From Candidatus Yanofskybacteria bacterium RIFCSPHIGHO2_02_FULL_43_17 (GTDB taxonomy: Bacteria; Patescibacteriota; Minisyncoccia; 2-02-FULL-40-12; GWA2-44-9), in contig MGJU01000013.1 of assembly GCA_001794435.1 (NCBI GenBank), positions 157,196 to 212,696 on the forward strand: a stretch of 55,501 bases of DNA, read 5' to 3'. The notes below the pieces were generated by a model. It ran no database searches. It was given only the letters and a program-made list of their open reading frames with translations, and was not told the DNA's origin. The position numbers and the translations under genes were made by a program. This document shows positions 1 to 9,520 of the stretch, piece by piece (position 1 is the first letter of the stretch; every line of letters begins with the position of its first letter).

Positions 1-13
1 ATCAAAATTTTCT

Positions 14-757
14 TCATTTTTTGGTAAATAGGTTGTATTTGATGATATGGAAAATTCCCGCCAATCCATCTTTCCAGTTAATTTTTTTACCCTCTTCATA
101 GGTACGGCCTCTATAAGATATCGGTACCTCTATTATTCTAAGATTCAATTTCCCCACCCAGGCAGTAAGTTCCGGATCAATTCCGAATCGCTTAGATGCA
201 AGATGGGGATATATTTGTCTCATCGCATTTCCCGAAAACACTTTATAACAAGTGTACATATCGGTCAGTCGAACACCGCTCAAAACGTTAGAGAACCAAT
301 TCAGCGCTTGGCTGAACAAATAACCGTGTTTATAAACAATCTGATTGTTCGATTTTGTTTCGAGAAAGCGCGACCCGTAAACAACGTCGACTTTCCCATC
401 AATGATCGGCGCAATGAGAATAGGGTATTCTTTAGGGTTATACTCCATATCAGCATCCTGGATAAGCACGATATCGCCAGTCGCTTCCTTGAATCCCCTC
501 TTTACGGCCACCCCCTTGCCTTGATTCTTCTCCAAAAAAATCACCCTGTGGATAATCGACTTCGCAAGTCGATTATCCACAGCTGTAGGTATGGATCTCA
601 GGATTTCCCGCGAACCGTCGGTTGAACAATCGTCAACGATAATTATTTCCTTTTCAAGCGACAACTCCACGCTTTCCACGGCAGAAATAAGCTGGGACAA
701 TGTCCTTTCTTCATTAAAAACAGGTATTATTATGCTTAACTTTCTAAATTGAGTCAT
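14..757 (-). CDS. Family 2 glycosyltransferase, Dpm1/Ppm1/GtrB-like polyprenyl-phosphate sugar synthase
   Basis: 247-aa ORF with GT-A motifs IIIPVFNEE, VDDCSTDGS, QDADMEYNP; carries an in-frame REP palindrome at 546-582 (read as VDNRLAKSIIHR). Confidence 0.8.
   Translation of the reverse strand: MTQFRKLSIIIPVFNEERTLSQLISAVESVELSLEKEIIIVDDCSTDGSREILRSIPTAVDNRLAKSIIHRVIFLEKNQGKGVAVKRGFKEATGDIVLIQDADMEYNPKEYPILIAPIIDGKVDVVYGSRFLETKSNNQIVYKHGYLFSQALNWFSNVLSGVRLTDMYTCYKVFSGNAMRQIYPHLASKRFGIDPELTAWVGKLNLRIIEVPISYRGRTYEEGKKINWKDGLAGIFHIIKYNLFTKK
546..582. repeat. REP palindrome copy 1 (17-bp arms, 3-nt loop), inside GT2 CDS
   Basis: ctgtggataatcgactt-cgc-aagtcgattatccacag, perfect inverted arms; identical to copies at 18514, 20279, 30223, 30500, 31217. 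Confidence 0.95.
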
Positions 758-1892
758 AAAGATTTTTAAATTGGTCGGCTATTTTATCCCAAGTATATTT
801 TTCTTCAACCAGCTTGCGTCCGTTCAGTATCAACCTGTTCCGCAGGTCGTCGTCGGTTAAAATTCTGTTGATCTTTTCCGCTATATCCTCGGGGTCATTA
901 ACCTTGCAAAAAAGACCCGTAGCTTGCCCTGAGTGAGTCGAAGGGTCTTTAAGAAAGTCGGGAATACCGCCGACGGGTGTGGCCACTATCGGCAAACCGG
1001 CCGCCATAGCTTCAAGGAACGCGATCCCAAGCCCCTCCGACAGGGATGGACGGACAAAGATCGACGCCGATGATAAATATTCCTGAAGTTCGACGTTAGG
1101 CACGCTCCCCGCGAATTCGACTCTATCTTTCAGTCCTAGCCCACTCGCTAAATTAAATAGCTCTTCTCTCTGTTTGCCGTCGCCAATGATCAACAACTTC
1201 GTATCTTGTATTTTGTATTTGGTGTTTAGTATGCGGAATGCCTTTATTAGGTCGCCTAGGCCGTTTTTTGGTACTAGCCGCGAGACAGTAATAATCGTCT
1301 TCCTTTTTTCTGTAATTGGAAATTGGTCCGCCGGCTGGCGGATAGAAATTGGAAAATTTTTGAGATCCACGCCGTTCGGTATCAAAAAAATGCTCTTATT
1401 TTTCGATACTTTCTGCACATATTCTTTAAGATAGTTGCTTATTACCGTAACCATATCGGCTTTTTTTATTATCAATCCCCTCAGCCAATTCAACAAAAAC
1501 AACTGCCCGTCCAGCTTCTTGCCCTCCTGCATAGTAAGTATGAATGGCAAGCGCGGAGAGAATAATTTGACTAGCCACGCCGCTCCGCCACCCTGACTGG
1601 CTTGATATGCGTGCACTGCGTCGTATTTATTGCTTTTCATCAATTGTCTGGCCTTGATAAAACCCAGAACGGGAAAAAATATTTTGGCCGACTCAAATCC
1701 CGGCCCGACCCGGTGAATACAGAAATTACCACCCACTTCAAGCGGCTTATATTCCTTACTGTGCCTCGGGGTAACGATATCAAAAAAAATGTCCGGCAAC
1801 CGGCGGATCATTTCTTCCAGCGCTATTTCCGAGCCGCCTATCATCGGCCGATAGGCAGTGGTGAATACTAAAATTCTTGATTTTTCCTGCAT
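744..1892 (-). CDS. Family 4 (GT-B) glycosyltransferase
   Basis: 382-aa ORF; C-terminal Glycos_transf_1-type signature EGLGIAFLEAMAAGLPIVATPVGGIPDF; 14-nt overlap with downstream GT2 gene. Confidence 0.8.
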   Translation of the reverse strand: MQEKSRILVFTTAYRPMIGGSEIALEEMIRRLPDIFFDIVTPRHSKEYKPLEVGGNFCIHRVGPGFESAKIFFPVLGFIKARQLMKSNKYDAVHAYQASQGGGAAWLVKLFSPRLPFILTMQEGKKLDGQLFLLNWLRGLIIKKADMVTVISNYLKEYVQKVSKNKSIFLIPNGVDLKNFPISIRQPADQFPITEKRKTIITVSRLVPKNGLGDLIKAFRILNTKYKIQDTKLLIIGDGKQREELFNLASGLGLKDRVEFAGSVPNVELQEYLSSASIFVRPSLSEGLGIAFLEAMAAGLPIVATPVGGIPDFLKDPSTHSGQATGLFCKVNDPEDIAEKINRILTDDDLRNRLILNGRKLVEEKYTWDKIADQFKNLYDSI

Positions 1893-1914
1893 TTATGTTA
1901 TCATTTTACTCTAA

Positions 1915-3120
1915 ATGCCCCACAAAATCAATCATTCGGAATCCACACAAGAAAGCCTCAAAAAAAGGATTTTATTCGTAATCACGCAGTCAGAGTTCGG
2001 AGGCGCCCAAAGATTTTTGCACACACTAGTTACCCGCTTAGACAGAACCAAATATGAAATACTTGTCGCTGCTGGTCCAAGCTTCGGTAGCAAGTATGAT
2101 CTTCTGGATCTGCTTGAAAAAGAAGAAATAAAAACACTAAGATTAAAATACCTGAAAAGAGAGATAAGTCCCCTTTCTGATATCCGAGCATCTTTTGAGC
2201 TTAGGAAAGCGTCTAAAAAATTCAAACCGGATACGCTGTTCCTCTTAAGTTCCAAGGCGGGATTTATTGGTTCTTTTGTCTCAAAATGCTTAATACGAAA
2301 TACTGAGTACAAAATACTGTATAGAATCGGCGGCTGGACTTTTAACGACCCCTGGCCGAAATGGAAAAAACTGCTTTGGATAATTATTGAACGAATTAGC
2401 GCAAAATGGAAAGATCTCATAATAGTCAACAACAAACATGATTTTGAACAAGCAAACAAATTTAAGATAAGGCCGAAAGAAAAAACGGTAATCATTTATA
2501 ACGGCCTGGATGTTTATAAAACAGGAATTCTTCCCAAAGAAGATGCGCAATTAAAACTATATGAAAAAGCAATCCAGCAATCAGGCAGGGTCTTTCAAGA
2601 CAGAATAATCATAGGCACGATAGCAAACTTCTATCCAACTAAGGGGCTTGGGTATTTAATTGAGACCGCTGAATATTTTAAAAACAAGGATAATATTGTT
2701 TTTATGGTTATTGGAGACGGCCCCGAAAGAGCGAGTCTTGAAAATTTAATAAAACAAAAAGGTCTGCAGAAAAAAATTATCTTTTTGGGTCAAATTCCGG
2801 ATGCACATAAACTGCTTAGCGCATTTGACATATTCGTTCTGCCATCGATTAAAGAAGGCTTTCCGTGGGTTGTAATCGAAGCCATGGCGGCAAAACTTCC
2901 AGTTGTGGCGACAAGGGTTGGCGCCGTGCCGGAAATAATAGAAGATGGCAAAAATGGTTTTATCGTAGAACCGGCTCGCCCCGAACAAATAGCCTCCAAA
3001 ATTCAAGACCTCTTGAATGATGAGCGCCTCCGACAGGAACTTGGTATCCAGGCTCATCAAACGGTTCTGTTCAAGTTTTCACTAGATAAAATGGTTAGAG
3101 AAATTGAAGATTTGTTATAA
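1915..3120 (+). CDS. Family 4 (GT-B) glycosyltransferase
   Basis: 401-aa ORF; signature EGFPWVVIEAMAAKLPVVATRVGAVPEII; divergent from 744-1892 with 22 bp between the start codons. Confidence 0.8.
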   Translation: MPHKINHSESTQESLKKRILFVITQSEFGGAQRFLHTLVTRLDRTKYEILVAAGPSFGSKYDLLDLLEKEEIKTLRLKYLKREISPLSDIRASFELRKASKKFKPDTLFLLSSKAGFIGSFVSKCLIRNTEYKILYRIGGWTFNDPWPKWKKLLWIIIERISAKWKDLIIVNNKHDFEQANKFKIRPKEKTVIIYNGLDVYKTGILPKEDAQLKLYEKAIQQSGRVFQDRIIIGTIANFYPTKGLGYLIETAEYFKNKDNIVFMVIGDGPERASLENLIKQKGLQKKIIFLGQIPDAHKLLSAFDIFVLPSIKEGFPWVVIEAMAAKLPVVATRVGAVPEIIEDGKNGFIVEPARPEQIASKIQDLLNDERLRQELGIQAHQTVLFKFSLDKMVREIEDLL

Positions 3121-3200
3121 TAACATTGTTACATTGTTCAGCCGCTACGCGGCTCATTACTATATTGCTAACAATCCAACAACTTAACAATATAACAGTT
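3121..3200. repeat. 8-nt-period ATTGTTNN / NNAACAAT inverted array element with central GC hairpin
   Basis: attgttac attgttca, then gccgc-tac-gcggc hairpin (3141-3153), then reverse-oriented aacaat/caacaa/taacaat units; same unit family as 17931-18045 and 47347-47380. Confidence 0.6.
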
Positions 3201-3240
3201 AAAACACAAAACTCTCCGCAAGCGGAGAGTTTTGTGTTTT
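3201..3240. terminator. Bidirectional intrinsic terminator between convergent genes
   Basis: aaaacacaaaactctccgc-aa-gcggagagttttgtgtttt, a perfect palindrome (19-nt arms, central aa) with A/T runs on both sides; lies between the stops of 1915-3120 (+) and 3243-6836 (-). Confidence 0.85.
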
Positions 3241-3242
3241 AA

Positions 3243-6200
3243 CTACGGGATTATGTAGAAGAGGCGCAAGGCGTTAGCCATACCGCTGCCTTCAAAGAAT
3301 CTGGCGAACAACCCGTTGGCTTCGCAAATTTTACCGTTCCATGTCCTGCCTAACTGCTGACAGTGCATTGCCATATAGTGAGGATATAAACCCGATGTGG
3401 GTGGCGGAGGCGAAGAATTTAAGTCTGCTGGAGGTGGTGAATAAGGAGGCGGAGTAGCTTCATAAGTAGGCGGGGGTGTATATTCTGTTGTTGGATAAGG
3501 GGTGTAAGTTGTCGCAGTTGCGTTATCTACGCAAGATGTGCCATTCCAGTATTGAGTTGACGAACATGTTGGCGATGGAGTGTAGGTAGAGGTTGGATAT
3601 GGTGTATAGGAAGTTGAAGTAGAAGATTTACAACTGCTGGTTGTATAATCCCACCACTGATCGGAAGGACAGGATGGGGGCGGGATATAAGAAGTGGTGG
3701 GATTGGGTTTACAGATATTACCCGCCGAATCCCAGTAGTAGCCCGAACCGCAAGAAGTGGCAGTCGAAGTACATGATTGCCTTGCTGTATCCCACCACTG
3801 ACCAGACGGACAAGAGGGAGAGGGAGTATAAGTTGTTGAGGTCGGATAAGGTGAGTAGGTACTTCCCTGATAAGTGCTGCAGGATCCAAAACCGCTTACA
3901 CTTGTAGAGTTCAATGGTCCGCATTTGGTCCCATCGGAGTCGGACATACAGTAACCGCCGGCATTATTCACATACATCGTATGCGAACCGCTCGGACAAG
4001 AACCACTGCTGGTTGGCGTACCAGACGGATATGGATATGGAGAAGATGTCGGCTGAACGGGACAGTTTATTTTGCTTGTACCAGCAGAGTTATAACAAGT
4101 GCCGCCGTAATTCTCCTGATCGTTCAGACAGAACCCCCCTGATTCACTATGGTAGTGATGGCCGGATGGACAACCTCCGACACCAGGCGATGGATATGGT
4201 GAATAAGTGACTCCGCCACAGTCGTTAGGACACGAAGCAGATGTCTCGTTTGAATCGCAAAATTTATTATTGTTACAGCTTTGACCCTGATATCCGCTTT
4301 CACAACTGCTTGGTGCCCCCAAACTAACACCATCCAAACTTATAGAGGGTCCCGTGTTACTCCCTTCGTGGCAATTAAAGTAGCCCTTCTCGCACCAAAC
4401 TGTATAGCCGGGAGAAGTTCCGTTTTTGGTTGCATTCGGGTAAAAACAACTATATATTTCGCCAGTGCCGCCGGTAGTAGTCGGGTATGGGGAATAGGTC
4501 GGAGATGTCCCCGGAGAACCAGTCGGATATGGCGAAGGAGAAGTTGAAACTGTGTCGGAACAAATAGGAATACCGAATTCTTGCCATTTGCTCTGATCGC
4601 CACCGCCTGGCTTCCATCCGGCAAAGTATTTAGTTGAACAACTATTATAGACATTATTAATGTGGCCGGTATATTCACTATCAGTTCTATTGAGAATTGA
4701 TGAGGATTGTGTAGAGCCGTCTTTAAACTTCCATGTCTTATTTATCCAACCCCTATCCGGACCGGGCAAGTATGTCGGGGATGGAGAATAGAGCGGGTCC
4801 GGAAACCGGCAGTCATTGACGTATGGATCCCAAACACCGCCGCGTTTCTGGCATTCAAGTACCGGATTGCCTGACGGCGAGTAGATCGGATATGGCCCCG
4901 GCGAGTAAGTCGGCGGGGATTGGCACTGTCTACCGTCCCAATACTGGCCTTGAGGACAAGTCGGAATCGTAATTGGCGGACCGATAGGCGTAAATGATGG
5001 CAAAGGAACAACTGTCTTTGATTCACAAAGCGTTTTTGCTCTTACAAAATCCCCCGATTGGATCGCCGCAAAACATTCCGGTGACGGACCGACCGGCCTC
5101 GGTCCGGGATAATATGGCTGTCCGGGCGGAGGACTGAATCCGGGACCGGGTTGAGTGAATCCCGGAAATTGCCCCGGCGGAACATCGCCCGGTTGAAAAC
5201 CGGGGTACGGGCCTTGACCTGGAAATTGAGGGTATCCTCCGTCAGAAGGATATGCCCTGTATTCATTTGAAGTAACGTCCGAGGATTTCTGTACATTTTG
5301 ATTGTACTCCTGAAATTTCTGAATTGCCTCTTGCCCCCTGAAACCGGAAACATCATGTTTTGATCCAAAAGAAATACATTCTGGACCATTGATCGGATTA
5401 GAACAATATGAAAAACACTCTGCCTCAGAACGACATCCTCCCGGACCTCCTTGTTGGCTAAATACTTGTCTAAATTCATCCTTTCTTTGATTCATATTCT
5501 CGCCATCGGCTAGATGTCCCTTAATTTCTTCTATAATAAATCTAGCTTCCTGGGATTTGTTTGCTAAACCCAAACTTTCAATTTTTACCAATGCTCTCTT
5601 TGATCCTTCAAAACACCTCTGGCTAATGGATTCATCCGCTGCACCTCGTTCGCACTGTTGCGGATCAAATCCTATTTCACTTCTCATGATCTCAAAGATC
5701 TGGCTTCCGGCATCAAACCTGTTTCTTTCTTCATCCGGTATAAAGTCCCTGCACGTTTCCGGATTAGTTACACATTGCTCAAATTTGACGCCTGGAGCTT
5801 TCTGAGTGAAGAACTCCACCAACTTTAATCCCCTATCTACATCGGATTGAGTAGCAAAACCATTCTTTACGGCAAAACTGCCACAGGCCTTAGCAATTTC
5901 TATATCACGGTTTGAAAATGCCAGATCACAAGCATTTCTTATCTGACCTTCACCAACTAGTTCCCGCCCGTCAGGAAGAGTTAAAATGAACTTCTTAGAA
6001 TAATAATCCTTGACTTGCCCGACTTGCTGATGAGCCGCTTCAAGTTGTTTTACCCCGTCTTGTCCAAAAATTTCAGATGCAATTTGAGCGCAAACCGGAG
6101 GAATGCCCATTCCTTGGGTTGGATTCAAACAAAAGTTGCCGCAACCTTCCAAAGTACCGTCACCACACTGATATTTGCCGGCAGACAAGGCCTCTCTTAG

Positions 6201-6836
6201 TTTAATGGTAGCAGAGTCCTCGAATTGTTCAGCAAGCACTCTTTTTTCTTCGGGAATATATTTCTGAACTCGAGAGTCTTTAGCTAATTTTGCACATTTT
6301 CTTAACAGATCAATCGAAGCCGTATCCGGATCCATCGCTTCGCAATCGCGGAAATTTAATCCAACTTCTTTTGCCGCTTGAACTACGGAGTTTTTCTCCT
6401 CAATTATTTTTGCGGTTAAATTAAAATCAGTAGCTAATTTCGGATTTTTGGTTTTAAGTTTTTGGGCTAATTCGTTGGCTACTTTAACCAAACACTCCTC
6501 ATCTAAACACGTCTTTATATCGTTAAGAATCTTGCCTTTAATTTCGCTTAAAAAATCGTCAACGTGCTTAATTTCTTCCGCCGTATAAAGATCGTGCTTC
6601 TTCCCGATATCAGCGCAGACATCAATATATTGCTCCTGATTACATAATTCTAATGCCTGGTCCTTCGATGTTATGTCCTGACCAGTAGCAGAGCTTAAAT
6701 CATTAATAGCGGCTTGAATTTGGGCTTCTTCGGCGGCATTAGCAATAGATAAAAATAAAACAGCCGATGCCAAAAAGACGCCGGCCACAACAAACAATAC
6801 GACCCAGTGGTTTTTACAACAATATATTAAGTTCAT
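3243..6836 (-). CDS. Giant secreted/anchored Cys-rich, Pro/Ser/Thr/Tyr-rich surface protein (function unknown)
   Basis: 1197-aa ORF; N-terminal hydrophobic anchor; Pro/Gly/Tyr-rich centre; C-terminal third has repeated C-x3-[QY]-[WY]-W-[DN]-x-C mini-modules separated by TYSPYPT-type linkers. Confidence 0.7.
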   Translation of the reverse strand: MNLIYCCKNHWVVLFVVAGVFLASAVLFLSIANAAEEAQIQAAINDLSSATGQDITSKDQALELCNQEQYIDVCADIGKKHDLYTAEEIKHVDDFLSEIKGKILNDIKTCLDEECLVKVANELAQKLKTKNPKLATDFNLTAKIIEEKNSVVQAAKEVGLNFRDCEAMDPDTASIDLLRKCAKLAKDSRVQKYIPEEKRVLAEQFEDSATIKLREALSAGKYQCGDGTLEGCGNFCLNPTQGMGIPPVCAQIASEIFGQDGVKQLEAAHQQVGQVKDYYSKKFILTLPDGRELVGEGQIRNACDLAFSNRDIEIAKACGSFAVKNGFATQSDVDRGLKLVEFFTQKAPGVKFEQCVTNPETCRDFIPDEERNRFDAGSQIFEIMRSEIGFDPQQCERGAADESISQRCFEGSKRALVKIESLGLANKSQEARFIIEEIKGHLADGENMNQRKDEFRQVFSQQGGPGGCRSEAECFSYCSNPINGPECISFGSKHDVSGFRGQEAIQKFQEYNQNVQKSSDVTSNEYRAYPSDGGYPQFPGQGPYPGFQPGDVPPGQFPGFTQPGPGFSPPPGQPYYPGPRPVGPSPECFAAIQSGDFVRAKTLCESKTVVPLPSFTPIGPPITIPTCPQGQYWDGRQCQSPPTYSPGPYPIYSPSGNPVLECQKRGGVWDPYVNDCRFPDPLYSPSPTYLPGPDRGWINKTWKFKDGSTQSSSILNRTDSEYTGHINNVYNSCSTKYFAGWKPGGGDQSKWQEFGIPICSDTVSTSPSPYPTGSPGTSPTYSPYPTTTGGTGEIYSCFYPNATKNGTSPGYTVWCEKGYFNCHEGSNTGPSISLDGVSLGAPSSCESGYQGQSCNNNKFCDSNETSASCPNDCGGVTYSPYPSPGVGGCPSGHHYHSESGGFCLNDQENYGGTCYNSAGTSKINCPVQPTSSPYPYPSGTPTSSGSCPSGSHTMYVNNAGGYCMSDSDGTKCGPLNSTSVSGFGSCSTYQGSTYSPYPTSTTYTPSPSCPSGQWWDTARQSCTSTATSCGSGYYWDSAGNICKPNPTTSYIPPPSCPSDQWWDYTTSSCKSSTSTSYTPYPTSTYTPSPTCSSTQYWNGTSCVDNATATTYTPYPTTEYTPPPTYEATPPPYSPPPADLNSSPPPPTSGLYPHYMAMHCQQLGRTWNGKICEANGLFARFFEGSGMANALRLFYIIP

Positions 6837-7081
6837 TAATTAAACGGGTTAAGCACCTTCTTGGCTTCTTCAAAAGGATTGGATTCGACGCCTTCAAGCG
6901 GATTAGTCGCCTTGAAAGGATTAGCCGCTTTCGCCGCATCTTCTGCCGCTTTTTGCGCCGCTACTTCCTGAGCTTTTTTGACATCATTCTGCGACCTAGA
7001 ATATCCCTGCCAGTCGCCCACCCAATAACCTAAAACACCAACTGCGACAACAATCGCCCACCACAATTTGTTGTTAACCAA
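6836..7081 (-). CDS. Small membrane-anchored protein with NPF repeats (hypothetical)
   Basis: 81-aa ORF; TTG start; one N-terminal TM helix; NPF x3 in the tail; its TAA stop overlaps the ATG of the 1197-aa gene by 1 nt (TAATG). Confidence 0.45.
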   Translation of the reverse strand: MVNNKLWWAIVVAVGVLGYWVGDWQGYSRSQNDVKKAQEVAAQKAAEDAAKAANPFKATNPLEGVESNPFEEAKKVLNPFN

Positions 7082-7177
7082 ATTAGTGACTGCAAAAAAA
7101 CTACCGGCTAAGAAGTTATCTTAACGGGATTAATTTTTATTGCATGTTAAAAAATTACAGATAGAGTTTGTAGTTTA

Positions 7178-7206
7178 ATTATAGTTTAATTTGAAAACTT
7201 GTACAA
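7178..7206 (-). promoter_or_regulatory. Candidate sigma70-type promoter for the 7081-3243 operon
   Basis: On the minus strand TTGTAC (7206-7201), 17-nt spacer, TATAAT (7183-7178), about 95 nt upstream of the TTG start. Confidence 0.35.
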
Positions 7207-7231
7207 AAGAGCAATTGTCCACAAACCATTA

Positions 7232-9481
7232 TCAGAGTTCTCTACCTAAGCTTTTCACAAACACTTCGGCATCACCCCTAAAAGACGGGTCAACTTGAAC
7301 CGCTTTGCGAGCCGTTTCTACGGCATCGTCAATCCTGCCCAAGTTTGCATACGCAGTCGCCAGTGACGCATAGTATTGAGGTTCGTTTGGATTTATTATT
7401 ATAAGCTGTTCATATATCCAAGCAATGCGGCCAAAATCATTTGTTTTTAGATATGCGCTAATCAGCCTCTGAAAGTCAACTTCGCGCGGATAATATGGAT
7501 ATTCGGCATTAAGAGCTCTCTCCAAATCCTCTGCCCCGCCCAAATCACCGCTTTCTATCTTAGCCGCCCCCAAATAAGCATGGGATATCCCCGCTTTGGG
7601 ATTTAAATCGGTAGCTTCTTGAAAATATTTAATTGCGTTGGAATAATCTTTTTTATTCAAATATGCTTGAGCTATTTCATAATATGTCCTGACGAAAGCA
7701 GGCGAGAGCTCAAGTGCTTTCATTGAATATCCCAAAGCCGCGTCATTATACGGCGACTCAGTATCGTCTTTGCCAAGTAAAATATTTAATCGGGATATAT
7801 ATAAGTATGGCAGATAGTCAATTGGATTCTCTTTAATATTTTTTTCTACCTCCGCCATTGTAAATTTATAGACCTCTCTAACTTTTTCTTCTTTAACGCT
7901 TGGCCCGCCGACACCAACCAAATATTGCGCGAGACGATGTCTGTATTCATACTTTCCGGGAACATCATAAGACAACGCTTCTCTATATTTTTCAACGGAG
8001 CCGTTAAAATCACCGGCCCAACTTCTGACAATGGCCCTGGTCGTCGCGTAGTTCGCTTTGGCTGGCAATATATTTGTCTTATATATTAAGACCGGGACAA
8101 AAAACGCAAAAAGCACTCCTAGTACGCCGATCGTGGAAATATTTTTTATTATCGGCTTAGCCACGCGCGGCTCCTCTTTATCTTTTGTGCCCAAATAGGA
8201 CACAAACCCCAAAATAGTAAAGAAAACTACAAAATTCGCCGACGTATCAAATATAAAGGAGTTGTGAATCATATAAGCAACTGTTGCGGAGATAAAACCG
8301 ATACCGTACACCGCAAGGTCGTGCTCTTTAAGAAATTTGCGCAAAGAACCAAATAAGGCAATAAAAACATTAAGATAAGCCAGAAGGCCAATTATACCCA
8401 TTGTCACCATAACTTCTATAAACATATTATGAGCTCTGTCAAAAAGCGTCTCCGCTCCGGGGCCCCTAAAAAACTTCGGGTTAAAGTGCCTGGAAAAAGG
8501 AATATTAAAATTCTCCGGACCCCACCCGACAAGAATTGTTTTGGGGCTTTCAATCCATCCCTTAAACCCTGCCTGCCAAGCCCAAAAACGGGTTTGTACG
8601 GTAGTGGCTGTTAGAGATAAATTGGTGACCCTGCTTAAATACCCGGATTTTTTAACAAAAGACGAGTCGTTAAAAATAATAGAAAAAACGCTCCAAAAAA
8701 TAACCGAGCCAATTAAAATTTTTAAGATTAGGTTGCCAAAATGAGATTTATTCTGCCTTGCCCATAAAAACGTAAAGATAATTATCCCCACAGCATAGCC
8801 CAAAAGCGAACCTCTTACGGCAGTCATCAATATTGCAATAGAATTTAAAATAAAAGCGCTTAGATACCATGTCTTGTGTTTGTGGTTGATTTTGGAACTG
8901 AAATACATTGTTAAAGCTAAAAATGCAATTAATATCTGATAACCAGCAAATAACGCTGCGTTTCCAAGAGTTCCAAAAATTCTAGCCCTGTCCCCCGAAC
9001 CGACAAAAAATTCTATGGATGTTTTTTGGCCAAAACCATAAAAAGCCGACAAGACGCCGGCAAATATGGTCAAATTTAATAATTTTTGCCAGTGTTCTCC
9101 CTTGGTTAAAATAGAAGTTAAAATTATATAAAACAAAAAGTAGTGCCAAAATGTCCAAAGCCCGCCCATTCTTTCCAAAGTTCCCCAAAAACTCTGATAG
9201 GGAATAACACTGGTTATGGTGGCTACCGTAAAAGCAAGAACAAACAAAAGAAAAGACCAAAATATCTTGTCGAGACGAGGCAGATAAGATTTGTTTTGTA
9301 AAATTAGTAATAAATAAATAACGCCCAGAACCTCAATAATGGATCTAAAAACAAGAACCTTTCCAAAGTGAAAAGGAGAAATAAAATCCTTAAAAATAAT
9401 AAGCGGCACAAATACAGTTAAATAAATCCCGAAACGGAGGAATTTGGCTAAGTTGAGTTCTGCCATATTTTGTCTAGTCAT
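7232..9481 (-). CDS. O-antigen ligase/polymerase-like (Wzy_C-type) polytopic membrane protein with C-terminal TPR repeats
   Basis: 749-aa ORF; about 12 predicted TM helices in the first 470 aa, then TPR-like repeats (AQAYLNKKDYSNAIKYFQEA, ATAYANLGRIDDAVETARKA). Confidence 0.55.
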   Translation of the reverse strand: MTRQNMAELNLAKFLRFGIYLTVFVPLIIFKDFISPFHFGKVLVFRSIIEVLGVIYLLLILQNKSYLPRLDKIFWSFLLFVLAFTVATITSVIPYQSFWGTLERMGGLWTFWHYFLFYIILTSILTKGEHWQKLLNLTIFAGVLSAFYGFGQKTSIEFFVGSGDRARIFGTLGNAALFAGYQILIAFLALTMYFSSKINHKHKTWYLSAFILNSIAILMTAVRGSLLGYAVGIIIFTFLWARQNKSHFGNLILKILIGSVIFWSVFSIIFNDSSFVKKSGYLSRVTNLSLTATTVQTRFWAWQAGFKGWIESPKTILVGWGPENFNIPFSRHFNPKFFRGPGAETLFDRAHNMFIEVMVTMGIIGLLAYLNVFIALFGSLRKFLKEHDLAVYGIGFISATVAYMIHNSFIFDTSANFVVFFTILGFVSYLGTKDKEEPRVAKPIIKNISTIGVLGVLFAFFVPVLIYKTNILPAKANYATTRAIVRSWAGDFNGSVEKYREALSYDVPGKYEYRHRLAQYLVGVGGPSVKEEKVREVYKFTMAEVEKNIKENPIDYLPYLYISRLNILLGKDDTESPYNDAALGYSMKALELSPAFVRTYYEIAQAYLNKKDYSNAIKYFQEATDLNPKAGISHAYLGAAKIESGDLGGAEDLERALNAEYPYYPREVDFQRLISAYLKTNDFGRIAWIYEQLIIINPNEPQYYASLATAYANLGRIDDAVETARKAVQVDPSFRGDAEVFVKSLGREL

Positions 9482-9520
9482 AATTGATATAATACCACAA
9501 ATTCATTGCCATTGTTACAA

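Noticed and set aside
47-625. 192-aa plus-strand ORF antisense to the GT2 gene, along with many similar listed ORFs antisense to large genes (for example 1932-2495, 3527-3889, 5042-5479, 20035-20406, 28235-28786, 54496-54966)
   Set aside because: These are shadow ORFs inside well-supported genes on the other strand. Their translations are low-complexity or lack motifs. Several are open only because the palindromic elements are stop-free on both strands.
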